The notes under the pieces were generated by a model that saw only the letters and a list, made by a program, of their open reading frames with translations, made no database searches and was not told the origin of the DNA. The position numbers were made by a program, and so were the translations under genes. Shown here piece by piece: positions 35,201-48,100 of a stretch of DNA of 64,000 nt (position 1 is its first letter; each line of letters starts with the position of its first letter). Source of the stretch: Catajapyx aquilonaris (Eukaryota); NCBI GenBank assembly GCA_000934665.2, contig KZ538015.1, forward strand, positions 1 through 64,000. The letters are read 5' to 3'.

Positions 35201-38200
35201 ATTGTGTCACACACTTCAGATCCTTTCCCTGCTATTGTGTGGTTAATTATGCTAAAAAAGAATACCCATCGTGCTCTAATGACTTTCCTGTGGTAAACTC
35301 TCATTATGTTAAATTTGTTGTGTGATGAGGCTATTTTCAAAGCGTTTATGTGCGCTGAAAGTGGGAAACAGTTTTCACTAGGTTGAAGTTTTCCGGGGTT
35401 TTGGCTGCATCTTTCAGTATAGGGTCAGTAACTGCTCAGTTAGGTAAAAATAATATTTGCAGCAATAAAAAGGGTTGAACATCTGAAATAGCACGCTACT
35501 AGAGTGCATATTTATTATTAATTTGTGAAAGGGCTAAGACTCGTGCTACTATTAGTACAATATTCACAGTGCATGATGCCCTACTTACTAAATTTACGCA
35601 TTTTTTCCCCCCTGCCCATTTTTAGCCGGTTATGAGCTAATGCCATTTAAATGCAAACTTTAAACTGCGAGTTGAAAATGCTGGAGAGACCTGACCTTAG
35701 GAGCGAAAGTGAAGCCGGAGTTATTTGAATTAATTGTACGTGCATAAGAGGATTTCAATTAGGAATTCTCTAGGAATGCAGATACTATTAAGAGGATTTG
35801 TGGATTTCAATTAATTTAAGGCAGATTACAAGTGACTGATACCCAGGGTGTTAAGCCGAACTCAATGATGAAACAGGATTTGAGGGATTCAGGGGCGATT
35901 TGCTTCAAAATGTGCAGCCTGCTTTGCGGTTGGAGATGATTATTACCCCGCGAGACAGCAATATGACCTACCTATACCTGCAGCGCAATTAAACCCCGGG
36001 CCGCTTAAATTAATGCGTTGAAGTCGGTGCACGCTACACTTGAGTAATGTCGAGTGTGAACCCCCCGACTCGCGGCCTGTATCGTGACTGCTTAATCCCA
36101 AATAAGCGTCGTCACGAACATGACAAAATAATGGTCATCAGGGAATGTTGTTTGTTGGCCGAACGCATCCTGGAGGTGGTTGTGGTGGTGTACCATTGCT
36201 TCCTGAAGTCAGGCATAGTGAGGCAAGTGGTTTTAAGTGGAGGGGGCGCAGTGGTTGTATACCGCAAGATCATGTTACGGAAGTGATAGCCGACTTGGAC
36301 GCATAAATACAGTCCTTAGCATTGTTCGTGCTGATGGAGGGGTTACTCTTTTTCTGAGAGTGGAGTACCGTAAAGTGGTGTTGATATGCCGTGTGTACAG
36401 GGTAAATATCCCGAGTTTAACGTCTTTGTTATTCCAAGCAGCCTCTGCGAATAATGACAACGAATACCTCATAAGAAATGGCGCCAGCGAGTTATTTCGG
36501 TCATCAATGTGCACTCTTATCCTAATCAATGTTTATGCAATGCGCAGCTGCTGAAACGATAATTGTCGTGTTCCGTAAGTGAACCACTTATGTCAGCTTT
36601 TCATGGGGAAGGCTGCAAGTACAGATGTTTTGCCGTCGTCCCAATATTATTGCGGCCAAGTGTTTCTTTTACATCCTGTTAGTGTTGCTGCACAGCGCTG
36701 CAACCTCTCCTGGAATTTTTACTCTGCAACATACTGATGTTGCGCAGTGAAGTGGCACTGCCAGGATCCATGAAGGAGAGAGCTGGAGATCGAGAATATT
36801 TTGATCATAGCTATATGTGACAGTATACACATGGCAAATCTGGAAGGTCCTGGAAAATAACTCGAATGCCACCAAATTACGTCGCGGACAGACGACCCCG
36901 AACAATATCGAAAAAGTAACTTCACCACAAAAACCTATACAAAACCAGAATGTGGTAGGATGTGTAGGATTAATCGATGTGCTGCCCCAAAAAAATGTCG
37001 ATATCGAATATGTGTGACAAGCGTTATCACATGTCGTTTTGTGGCTTATCTCATTCGCAAAGCATGGTTCGGCCCACAATGGTTATGCTGAGAAGTGGTC
37101 ACACCCAACGTATTGATATATGTACTTGCTTTACTGGGATGTATTTTGCCGTCCAGAGAAAATATAGGTATATAGAGGTGTAGTTTGTTGCATAAGTTTA
37201 TTGCACTTATAAGTAATGTTGTGGCCGAGCAAATTCTCGACTTCTGTAATAGCTGGTCGCTCATGCAGGCGCAAGTTGAGCGGTATTTTTCCAGCGGCGC
37301 TAAATTTCCTCTAAGGAGATTTATTTTTTTGGTCGTGGGCACAGCTTTGCATAGCTTAGCGTAGGCTGTCATGTACCATCCTAAAGATAAATCGTCGGAG
37401 CAGCAGGTTTACAAGACCCACCTTTTTTTTTTTTTGTTTCATTCCCCTTTCTCTCCTTTCACTCCGTATGGTCCGCAGAGAAACCTGCAAACATTTGGCG
37501 CGACGTCGTCCAATTGTTGATTCTAGGGAGTCTTCCAGACACACAATGCCGATCGAGAGCAACAGTTGTGTCCACCGAAGAATCGTGAATGGGAAAAGGT
37601 CGGAGGGGGATTTATATGCATGACAAAAAAAAGGGGGGGGGAGGGGAGGTAGGAGAAGGGAAAGGTCGGGGGGCTTCCATGGCTATATGGTAACTGGGAC
37701 CTGGAAATGGAAAGGTAATCTTTGAGATTGACGAACGTCGAATGGAAAGGAGCGGTGTCCGGGGACCCTGATTCCAAATGTGGCCCGGAAAATTCGCGAC
37801 ACGCTCCTGGCAGTGTCCATACTGGGCTAAAGTGGATAAAGTTTGCAGTCTGGGAAAACGCACAGGATCGTTCTGACACTAATCTGGTTTTTGAGCCAGC
37901 GTCGGAAATAACGGTGAATGTTGATCGTAGGTTTTTTCTTTCCAAGGGCTCCATTTTAGAATTATTCATGTGGAGAGTTAATTTGTTTTTCTGGTTATAA
38001 TTCACTTCCTGGTGATGTCACACATGTGGGCTGATAGCCTGATAGTTGCTATAGCCCAGCGTGTATGAAGTGAAATGCTATCAATGATGGTGAAGATCTT
38101 GGTGAGACAGAAGGAAACGAGCCATGATGGACATAATTTGAGTTGAAACTAATTGCAGAGAATGTTCCCACATTTAAAAAAAACACACAGCGCAGCAGAA

Positions 38201-41200
38201 GGTCTAAATACTATGATGCCCCTGCAATCCAGCGTCCATAAAGCAATGAAAGTCGGCATGATAACCGACGACAGAAGCATGTCAGGAAGATCCGACATGG
38301 CTTCGAGCCTGATCCTGGGGCCATTCCGGGCACTTAGCAGCGAGAAAGCCTTTCAAAATGTTCCTATTTTCCGGCTGGGCGAATATTTTGTGGTGTCGGC
38401 CGCGTAGGAGGATTACCACCCAGCACCACATCGCCGTTGAGAACCAAGTGGGATTGATGTAGATGGGCAAGTAACGCTTCAAGGGCTCAACTTTGCAAGC
38501 CCACTAGTAGTTGTGTATATATGCAGTTGCGCAAAGGAGAAGAGCCCTTGTGGAGCAATTAGCCGCCAAGAATATCCGCAGCAGTTTCAAAAGTGGGCGA
38601 TTTCCACGTTTCGGGTTTAATCCACTTAAAGCCAAGCCAGCAGCACTACCTGGTGTTGGCAGTGTGCGTGCATGGTCCGAATTTTGTGTTTTGGGCCTCG
38701 GGATAATAATCCGCTTTAGAGTGTATATGGAAAGCTCGACTTAAGTGCAGTTAAACGGGGGTGGCCCATAAATATATACGGAAGGGGGAATTGCCTCGGA
38801 TTTTGGGAGGGTGCGAGGGAGTCGTCGCAACCGCAAGATCTCTCTCTAAGACCACATTTAATCCTCCTCAATGAGGATGAATGGGGTTGTGGGCCAGACG
38901 CAGTAGACTCTTCTGCAGTAGTTGGGAGGAGGTGTTGCTGCACTTGGGTTTTATGGAGCAGGAAACTTGTATTTGCAGTCCAATGGCTGCTGACCGGAAG
39001 CCGTATATCAAGGCGCGTATGGGTGCGGCCTACCGCAACAGGGTCGTTGTTTGGGTTGCTCACCTGCCAGGATAACCTCGATCTCTGTTTGCTTTCACCT
39101 CTTAGACCCCGGCTGAATGTTTTTAGTTGGTGACACGAGAGAGAACCCAGATAAGGCAATAACCCCCACTCTTGCAAAGACGGCGAAGTATACCAACACC
39201 GTCCTTTTCATCGGAGGTGGCAGCTCGTTCATTCCCTACTCCATCTTACTCTCTTGGAAAAGCAGTGACAAGTTGCCATTCACGCCGAGGCCTGGCCCGT
39301 AATTTATAATTTAAGTGATGGAAGTTTTCGTGTGAATAGCAGCTACCGAGAAGGGCTTTTTTCTCCCTCTCCCACCTTCACCGTCTCTCTCTCTCTCTCT
39401 TCTCTTCTCTGAGCCCCGGGGCCTGCTGCTGTGTCGATAGGCATGCTCAACCAAGGGCGGACATAAATTCGGAGCGAGTTCGGTTCTGTTTACAAAAGCC
39501 GATTGGATGTTTACTTTTGGATACCATTTTTTGGGGAGCAGCCTTTTCTACCCATTAGGTTAGGACCTGATTATATTGGGAACAAGTTGGGCCAGATCGC
39601 AATTGCTGCAACTGAAGCACTGTTGATATTTTGATCGTTAACGTACCACATAATTCCGTGTAAGACCTGCTCACTGTCGGTCTTTGCCCTTGTGAGTCAT
39701 TCAATTTTTGTCCATTGCTAATGGCTTGGGTAATGTAACATTGGTTAGTGTAGCAACAGTTGACACGAAGCATTCATGCCCGGAGGATTACACCATTTCG
39801 ACTAACTGTCAAGAACTGATGGCTGTTCAGTCCCATGCACTTAACTGTACTCAGCTCTTGACAGCTGGTTTGAAAGGTGCAGAAACTGGGTGTTAAACGG
39901 AACCTGATTGCGAATTTATGAAAAGGTAATGAAACACTGTTGAATGTATCCACAGTAGGCGGAGGTATAACAGGCCTTCGAACTGGTTTTTACTGTAGTA
40001 TCAAGTAGTCCTCCCGGATGTGATGCATGTATGGCAAACATGGCCTTGAGTTCATCCTGTCGCACCCGCAACCCACGCAACTCCAATGTCCACCGGGTAG
40101 GATACACCGCAGGGGCAAAAGCACCCGGGGGCGTCGTCAAGGTCTCCTTCAGTGCACATTCCCATGGGTGAAACTGGTAGGTGCCGTGCAAAACCTTTGC
40201 CCCAGTCAAGTCGGATTGACACGAATGGGCCACCACGATTTTTGGGGATGACGATTTTATATATAGCTGGCTGAGGTCTCGTGCAAATAAGGAAAAAAAG
40301 AAAAGCTGCTTCCATGTTCGCAATAAGACACGACACCCTCCGCCATTAACCCGAGTGTTAGCAGCACAATGGACCTTTTCCGCCAGATTACTCCTCTCCT
40401 ACCTTCCCATGCTTTGGTTTGGAAGGAAGGTTTTTCGGTGGGGGAGGGAGGGTTATACAAGTCACGCAACAAGAGCTTTCGGTTAGTGACCCATATAAAA
40501 GGGCGGGGTTTGCGAGAAGGTATAGATGGGGAGGAGGGGGGGGGGGCGAAATCCATGCGCATTTACTGGCCGAAAAAGGCAGTTATCGTCATCGACCGGT
40601 TTCCAGGTAGTAGCTCTATTTTTTTGTGCGTCGGGTTATCAGAGGAGGCGGACATTATTGGCCGGCGGGAGGTTTATGGGCCGTGTTTTATACGCACATA
40701 CTCATGGGGCTCGGGAGTGATTGGGAAGTGCGATTGGCTGTCTCCCAAAATCGGCGTGACAGGCCCATGCGACACCCATAAAGAAAGGAGTAAACCGAGT
40801 GTAATGAGCTTTTCATTGACTGCCAGTCTGATCGGGGAGGAACCAGTCCAGAAGTCCGGATTGCCCACAGATTTCGATAGGTTTGCAATAAGGATTGACC
40901 CATTGGTTTTCAAAGAGATTTTCACGGATTTCTAAGCATAGTGTATAGGATTTGGGCCTTGCAGCTTGATTATTCCTGACCTTCCGCTAATCAGCAACGA
41001 TGCGCGTCGTGGGTCCGTCAGAAAGGAAAAAGAAAAAAAAAATCAAAATAGGAAGCCAAGGACACTTTTTGTAATGCAGGGCGGGCCGGAGGGAAATTCA
41101 GGCATCGCATACGCTGTGTAAACACGGGGCGGAGAGAGTAAATAGGCATTTTGGCCCCTGGTGGTGTCGGATGGGTGGGGGCCGGGGGCGACCTTCCCCC

Positions 41201-42306
41201 GCCCCCCTCCCCCTCACTTTATTAATGCAGAACTAATTATGAGGGCTGCAAGAACCCAGGGACTCAGGAAGAGCGCACACGGGGCTTTAACATCATGCAA
41301 CTCATTCTTGTGACGGGGTTTTATTTCTGCGCCCAGGTTTTCTGTGCCTCCTTTTCCGCAGCCTCAAAAAGCGGATTACAGGGCTGATTTTTGTTTTGCC
41401 TGAAAGTCAGCATGGAATTATTACGGTTGACTTACTTTGTGTACTAAGTCTTGCGGCTTGCGTTTTCATCGGGTTAAAATTAATCCCGGGGGAAAGAAAC
41501 TCGAGCAAAAGCTGCTTTATAATTATTTGTGGCCTGTGGGTATATATGTAGCTGAAGTAGGGAATACAGCGTTTATTTAATAAATGAAACCAGTACCTAC
41601 ACCGAGGCACTCACTATAGCATAATTACGCATGAATAGAAAGTTAGCGGCCCAAATAATTTAACGTGTAGAGGTCTTGTATGCCAATGCGCATGTCTCTG
41701 CGCAGGACTGCGACATGGAGTCTCATTGGCTGGAATTCCTGCGCGGGTTTGTAGAAAATGAGAGCGTGCGCAGAGCTTCGGTGGCGGAGTTTTCTTTCGC
41801 GCTCTGTTTCACGTTTGAGGTCGCTATTGCCTCAAAAACTAATTTTCAACTCATGACAGACCTCCTCAACAAGGTTGGGCATATGCGTTCTACGAAAGTG
41901 GCTGGTTTTTGCCCGTGAACGTTCCGCCGGAAACGGAAATGACTTTTGGTCATAATGTCGGTAACGTGATTTCACGTTATTTCCCGCTCAGGCCCCGCAC
42001 TATATAACTTGGGTCTGTATACAGTAAGGAGCCCTGTTATATGCCCGCCCCCTCCTCTATACTATAGGCCCACTCGAGCCCACAAAAGTCGGTCAAGAGT
42101 CACTTAAAACCACTTTCATGGCGCGTATGTAATCAGTTAATATTTGACACTGTGTTGTCACGATAATATACATTAAATTTGGGGAGCTGTAATGGTGCTT
42201 GGGGGGTTTATTGGCCGTCGCAGCAGCAAGTGCATGTTTGATCCGACTGGTGGTAAACACGAGTATAAACACGGTTCATCCCCCAGCGATAATCCGGTTA
42301 AATATA

Positions 42307-43000
42307 CAGGGTGATGCAGTTTCCGAGCTGATATAAGCAGTTGCGTATGATAAATGCTGCTCTGTTTACTCAGGTTGAGTCAGGAAACACTCCCAATGTC
42401 ACGGTGTGTTATTAGGGTCACCCATGAGTCTTGCTGGCTGATTTTTCTTCCCCCCATCCTGAGCAGATATATGGTGTACTTCAGCTGAGAAACCCAATTG
42501 TGGAACAACATGGAGGTATTCTGTTTGGCCCTTTTGTTTCTGGTACGAACATAATTCCGCCATGTTGATGCATAATCAGATGATTTCATTTGCATTGTGC
42601 GATTGGGACTCCTGAGTATGTCAAATGTCAACTGATGTTTCAACGGTATATGATGTATACAAATCAGTCAGTGAGGTGCAGATATTTTTATCAGAATTTG
42701 TAGGATCATATGTGAGGGATCCCATAATGATATCTCTCAAGAGAGAAGACCTTCACCTAGTTATTTTTCGTTGCTGTTGTGGTGTTTTGTTTGTGAAGAA
42801 GTTTGGGGAAGACTGTTTATCTCAGCAACAAGTTTCTACACCTATCCTGTCTTCACCAGGGGACTTGGGCATTGCCCCACTGTACACAGTGGAGTTATTG
42901 GAGCGTACGTAGTTATATTACTCAATAATGGGGCTTGATTGGTTGAGTGGCGTTGGGGTAGTAAGTAAAGAATTTTACTCCTCGAGCCTGTCTCACCCTG
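42307..43000. mobile_element. Decayed Tc1/mariner-type non-autonomous element, ~694 bp
   Basis: TA|CAGGGTGATGCAG ... CTGTCTCACCCTG|TA (11/13 inverted match, TA flanks). Confidence 0.5.
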
Positions 43001-44576
43001 TAGTGGTATCATCATCACAGCCATCGAGCAGCCATTGAGACAAAGGCAATCATTGTGCAGTAACAGCTCGGTTGAAAAAAAGACAGCTTGATGTTATGAA
43101 TGTATCCCTCTTGGCAGGATGGGGCAAAAGTGACGTCCACTTGAGGCATTTTGAAAAAGTGGCCGTGTGTTTTTCCATGCTTTCCAGTGCCGATATCTCA
43201 CGGAGCCTTTTGTTCCAGCAGACTCCTGAAAGAGCGAAAAAAAAAAGTTTGCCAAAAAAGAAGGGAAGGGTGCTTCCCTGACTGGCCCACATTTGGGAAG
43301 AAGCGGCCATTCTTCACGCGAGTGGTATGGGGCTGGTGGAGGGTAGGGGCCTAAATCCCATCGAATTGGAGGCCCAAGAGATCCATTTGCACCGGGCAGC
43401 TCGGACACGTGCTTCCTCAGGGGAAATCGATTCCGAAACACACGCGAGCCTAACTTGCTTGTCCTACCCACCCTTTTTTCCGCCCCTCTCCAGCTCTTTG
43501 GACACCCTGGACTGGGTATGTTCCCCTGAACGAGGATTACCTTCCGTGACCTATTTTTCCAGAGGGAGGGGGGTGATCCAGATGTACGATATAGTGATCG
43601 GCTCTGAGGTCATCTCATAACCTACCTGAACCCGCAGGTGTTGTGGGATCAGCAGTTACTTGCGCGTCAAAACGATTTTTTTTAAAGGCGCAAGGATGGC
43701 ACTATTTAGTCGTAAATTTGTTCTGCAAATCGCTTGACTTGTTTGCATCCAACCTCTTCTTATTGCAAACGAGATGTGCCATGCAACATGCATTTATTCC
43801 ACGAAATATTACATACATCATTTTGAATAATTCGTAATCTGTGTGTGCAAAATAAATTTCTGACATGAAAGTGACGCTTCAACTGGAATGCACTGTCTGC
43901 AGGGTTAGCTGCAGGGACGTCTTAACCTTGAAGGTCGGTTGACAGGTGCGGTGCATCGGCTTTTCGCCTGCACTCGTGCATATGCAAAGTAGTTGGGGAA
44001 GAGGGGGGTGGAGGTGGCTTACAAGGAGAGATAGAAGGAAAGGGGGTGTAAGGGTAAGTCGAGCGTCGAATCGGGAGTGCATGGTAAGTAAATTAGCAGA
44101 AGGAGGAGAGCGGGGTAAGCTTGGTGCAGACGGGTTGATGGTGGAGCAGAAGCAGGTGTGGAGAATGAGCACACAAGTTGCCGCCACCACTGCTGCCTGG
44201 TAATTGGCTGGGAGGAGGAAATTGGTCTGGCAACCAGGGCACACCTTAATAAGGAGGGAATGCCATGAATGCGGATTAGATTGGGACTCGCGGGTCCTCA
44301 ACACTCCTTAGTCCCCCACTGTGATGCCCAGTGTAAAAATAAACTTCCGCTGGTACCAAAAAACCCCTCTTTTGTTTTCCTCCAAATTGGCGGTCTTTTT
44401 TTCGGCGCAGTTGCCAGGTCTGAAGCAAATTTTGGGCCATCCCTGTCTGCCTAATACCAAGATTGCAAGGGAAGTTTGGCCGTTACCATGATTACTTATT
44501 GCAAACCCCTCATCGTGATTGGTTATAACGGCGAGTTACCATGGTAGCGGACTGCAATATTGGGGCAGATTCACGG

Positions 44577-44761
44577 TGTAGTATAGGGACCATAAGATAG
44601 CATGTCTAGACCACCCCCTCTTTTATGCCCTAGGAAGGATGTCTACGGGGGTACCAGGTGCAGTTGATACCATACCAATCCCACCTGGTACCCTGAGACG
44701 TCCTCCCTACCTGATCAAAAAGGGGAGGTCTAGCGTGCAATCTTATTATACCTGAACTATA
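44577..44761. mobile_element. Long imperfect palindrome, MITE-like
   Basis: ATAAGATAGCATGTCTAGACC...TAGGAAGGATGTCT...GGGTACCAGGTG pairs with CACCTGGTACCC...AGACGTCCTCCCTA...GGTCTAGCGTGCAATCTTAT. Confidence 0.75.
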
Positions 44762-44997
44762 GCATTAGAAATTATTATCGAGACAGTAGGTTGGCATTAT
44801 CATATAGTTGCTTGATAGGTAACATTGGCACCATTCTTATAAATCCGAATGAGAAGCATCAGCAGCAGCAGGAATCGTGGATTGTTGGTATCATGCAAAG
44901 ATGCCGATATAAAAACTTACAGCAATAATTTCATTAGACACCTGACCAGGGACACGCAAAAAGCTGACAAAACTTCTGTCGCAGCCAGTGGTATTTC

Positions 44998-45130
44998 GCG
45001 ACCTGCCAAGTAACAAGTCTCCAACTGTGTACATAGTTTCTCTGCAACGTGAACAAATTTGGCGAACCGAAAAATCGTCGAGGTATATTTAATGGAACCA
45101 GCTTTAGCACCTTGTTAGTTGCCAGGTTGG
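44998..45130. mobile_element. Short decayed MITE candidate
   Basis: GCGACCTGCCAAGTAACAAG versus right reverse complement CCAACCTGGCAACTAACAAG (16/20). Confidence 0.4.
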
Positions 45131-48100
45131 GGGTATTTTTACCGGGAAATTAGCTAAATTTTTTCCCCCCGCTGCCGTCGCTCCGAGCGAGCTGGCACTT
45201 GGATTAACTGGAATCAAGTTGTTTTCGTCTCATTCGTATGTTTTTTTCGCTTTGAAGCGAGGGGTTGTATGGACTCGTATCGCGTGCTGAGAGCTGCAAA
45301 GTTTGGAACACACTATACGGTATTGCGGTTCAGTGCGCAACTTTTCTTGCGCTCTATCGGAAGTGTACTTCTGATTCACCGTTACATTGCACGATGAGGT
45401 ACAAAGGAGCTCCAAGCAATCTTCTAGAGTTGGTAAGGCGAAATCAAGGTGTTTGTGCTTCTTCTCTTCTTCTTATTTTTTTATATATCCGCGCATACCG
45501 ACGCCGCCGAGAGGAATTGAGGGCATGCCACCAAAATATACTGGAATGCCGATATTGTCATTTTGCATTGTGCCTGGAAATATGGGCGCCCATTGTCAAG
45601 GAATGTAGGCTACACAATTTTTAAGCAAGTCAGGGAAGGTATGGGGGGAACGGTTTAGGAGGAGGAGGAGGAGGAGACGAAAATGTGGGGCTTGCCAGCA
45701 GGGCTAACCCAGAATTCAAAAGGACCATATCCGAGAGGTAAAAGGTTGCGAGGTACAATAGATTCCATTATGTGTTATCCCAAGAATTTTTTTCTGTTGT
45801 ACCGGATTTCAAGAGGGGGTTATCCAGGCAGGTTTCATGCCAGGTGCATACGTTGCTTTATCTCGGCGTATGGAAGTAAATAAATATATCAGGCGCAGGT
45901 GATAGAACGTTGTGGTTGGTGCCAATCGTATCAACGAAGGTATACATAAGGGAATCGCTGAGTGTATCCGATTATCTCCAGGCGTTTCGTCAAATATTGT
46001 CCAGATCCAGCACAATAATATTCCCTCGTACCACCACCTCCTGGTTCAAGGCGAAGTGCACGCTCTATTACTGAAATAGCCTGGGGAGATCTGGAGCTCT
46101 GATCTCTGTGGAACCGTTTTGTGTTGCAACTCCGCAATGGGGATTGTGCAGCATCAGATTTTGGACCATTTCCCCGCCTCCTCCTTTTCCGACCCTGTTC
46201 CAGGCACTGCCATCATGTATGTCACGTTCGACACCAAGCCAACTCTCAGCTTTTTTTTCTACTTCTTCTGTCGTTGTTGTTTCTTTGGCATGTTCCTAAG
46301 GCATTCGCAGATTCTAGGAGCAGATTGGCTCGAGCAGGCGCGGCAGCACATGGATTGTCTTCTTGTCGAGCATGTCCAGATGTCTCTGTTTAACTTGAAG
46401 GGTGACCTTTGGCACTCGAGGGATGCTGCAGGCGCCTTTTTTTGTCAGCCAGCATCGTGATATGGAAATTGAACCTGTTCCTTGGGATTATCATGCTGTT
46501 GATTTACTGCCTGAGATTTTAGTGTTGGTTGTGGTGTATCTTGGCAATAATTCTGACAGATGGTATACATTATGGCATAGTGTTGAAGGTACTTGTCCCA
46601 TTGGCATCCTTCTATAGATCCGACCATATCGAGGGAAGAGTGTTTAATAGCTTTTTTTTCTTCTGTGGACATCCTGCGCTTGGTGGCCCGTATTCGATTT
46701 GATGTCCTTGCCAACCACGTGCAGTGATTATGATTGCAGTTTGTTGGTGGGCGCACCTCATTTGCAAACAAATAATGGCTGTTATTATATTACGCACGGC
46801 TGGAATTTCCTGCGCTCCCGTAGTTCCGGGCGTAATCGCATATCGTGTACAGCTGAAGTGGCGTTTAGGTTTGAAATGAACGGTCGATTTCATGGTTCAA
46901 AAACACGAATACTAATGAAAAACAGGTAATGCTGCGTATATAGCCGGGCGGGGGCTGACAACGCACAAGTGCACCTGATGGTCGCTTGATACTTCAAACA
47001 TTATTCCTGGGCTGTTGTCACGTGTTTTTCCGTATAAATTGCTGGGTTCCCGTGCCTCTCTCCGTGCTTCTGACCGTTCACTTTGGCGCCATTGAAAAAA
47101 TTCCGGTCACGAATCGCTGCGATTAATGGGAGCTGGCATCTGCCAGAGGGCCAAATGGGAGAGGTGAGGGTTTTATTTCAATTTTCTGGTGTATTTTGTA
47201 TTCATGCGAACCGCGCTGCCCTCAATCGAGCGATGACAATATTTGAAAAAAAAGTCGGATCGAAGAGTAGAAATATGCTATTAATGGGCCAAATCCATAT
47301 TCTGACAATTTCTCGCCCCTTTCGTGAGCATTGCAGTGTCCTTCAAAGTTGGCCAGACCTAATGTCACCAACAGTGTACTCTAATTGAATTTTACAGTTT
47401 GAAGGGGTTGAATATGCACATGTCGATAGGCGTAAACGTGTCTACTAAGATCAGGCCCAATTCGCACCGTGTCGACCGAGACCATTTCGTCTCCGTCTGA
47501 ATGTCCCAATTGTGTTGTTAGCGACTGTAGCTGCTATTTGGCACTAGTTTGAAGCAATTTAGCGGATCACCCGGTAACGGAGTCGTTCCTGGCTGTCGTC
47601 GGGAACAAACAATTTTCGTTGGAGGCTGCTGAGCCTAAAGGTGGAAAAGGAAGCAAAGCGAAGCGTGGGCTCTTGGCCTGTGTGATTTGATAAAGATGGG
47701 GGGTGGAAAGGAGATAGAATGAGAGAGAGAGAGAGTCATCTGAAGGAGAGTGCATGCTGGGGAGGAAAAGTTGAAGAGAGAGAGAATCACGAGACTGTTT
47801 GTTGCCTAGAGGCATCACGCTTCGTTGGCCCACGACTGCCTCTGGAAATTAGTTTTAATATTTTTTTTTTCTCCTTCCACTGAGATGTGGGGGGTGGGGT
47901 TCGAGGAGGCTCTCCGAGAGAGTCTGTGCGCGGGATGCGATTCTCAAGCTTCATGATTTACTTCTAATTGGCGGATTTACTGCGGAACGTTGCGCTTGGA
48001 TTTCGCGTGAACGTGTTAAAATGATGTGACTGAACTCTGCAGGCTGGAGGACGTGATGACTAATGCTCGCCGACGTGAGAAAGTGCGAAAATCGGGGGCT

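Noticed and set aside
40369..40935. Longest unexplained ORF (188 aa)
   Set aside because: No recognisable domain, crosses homopolymer runs, no convincing splice context; likely chance.
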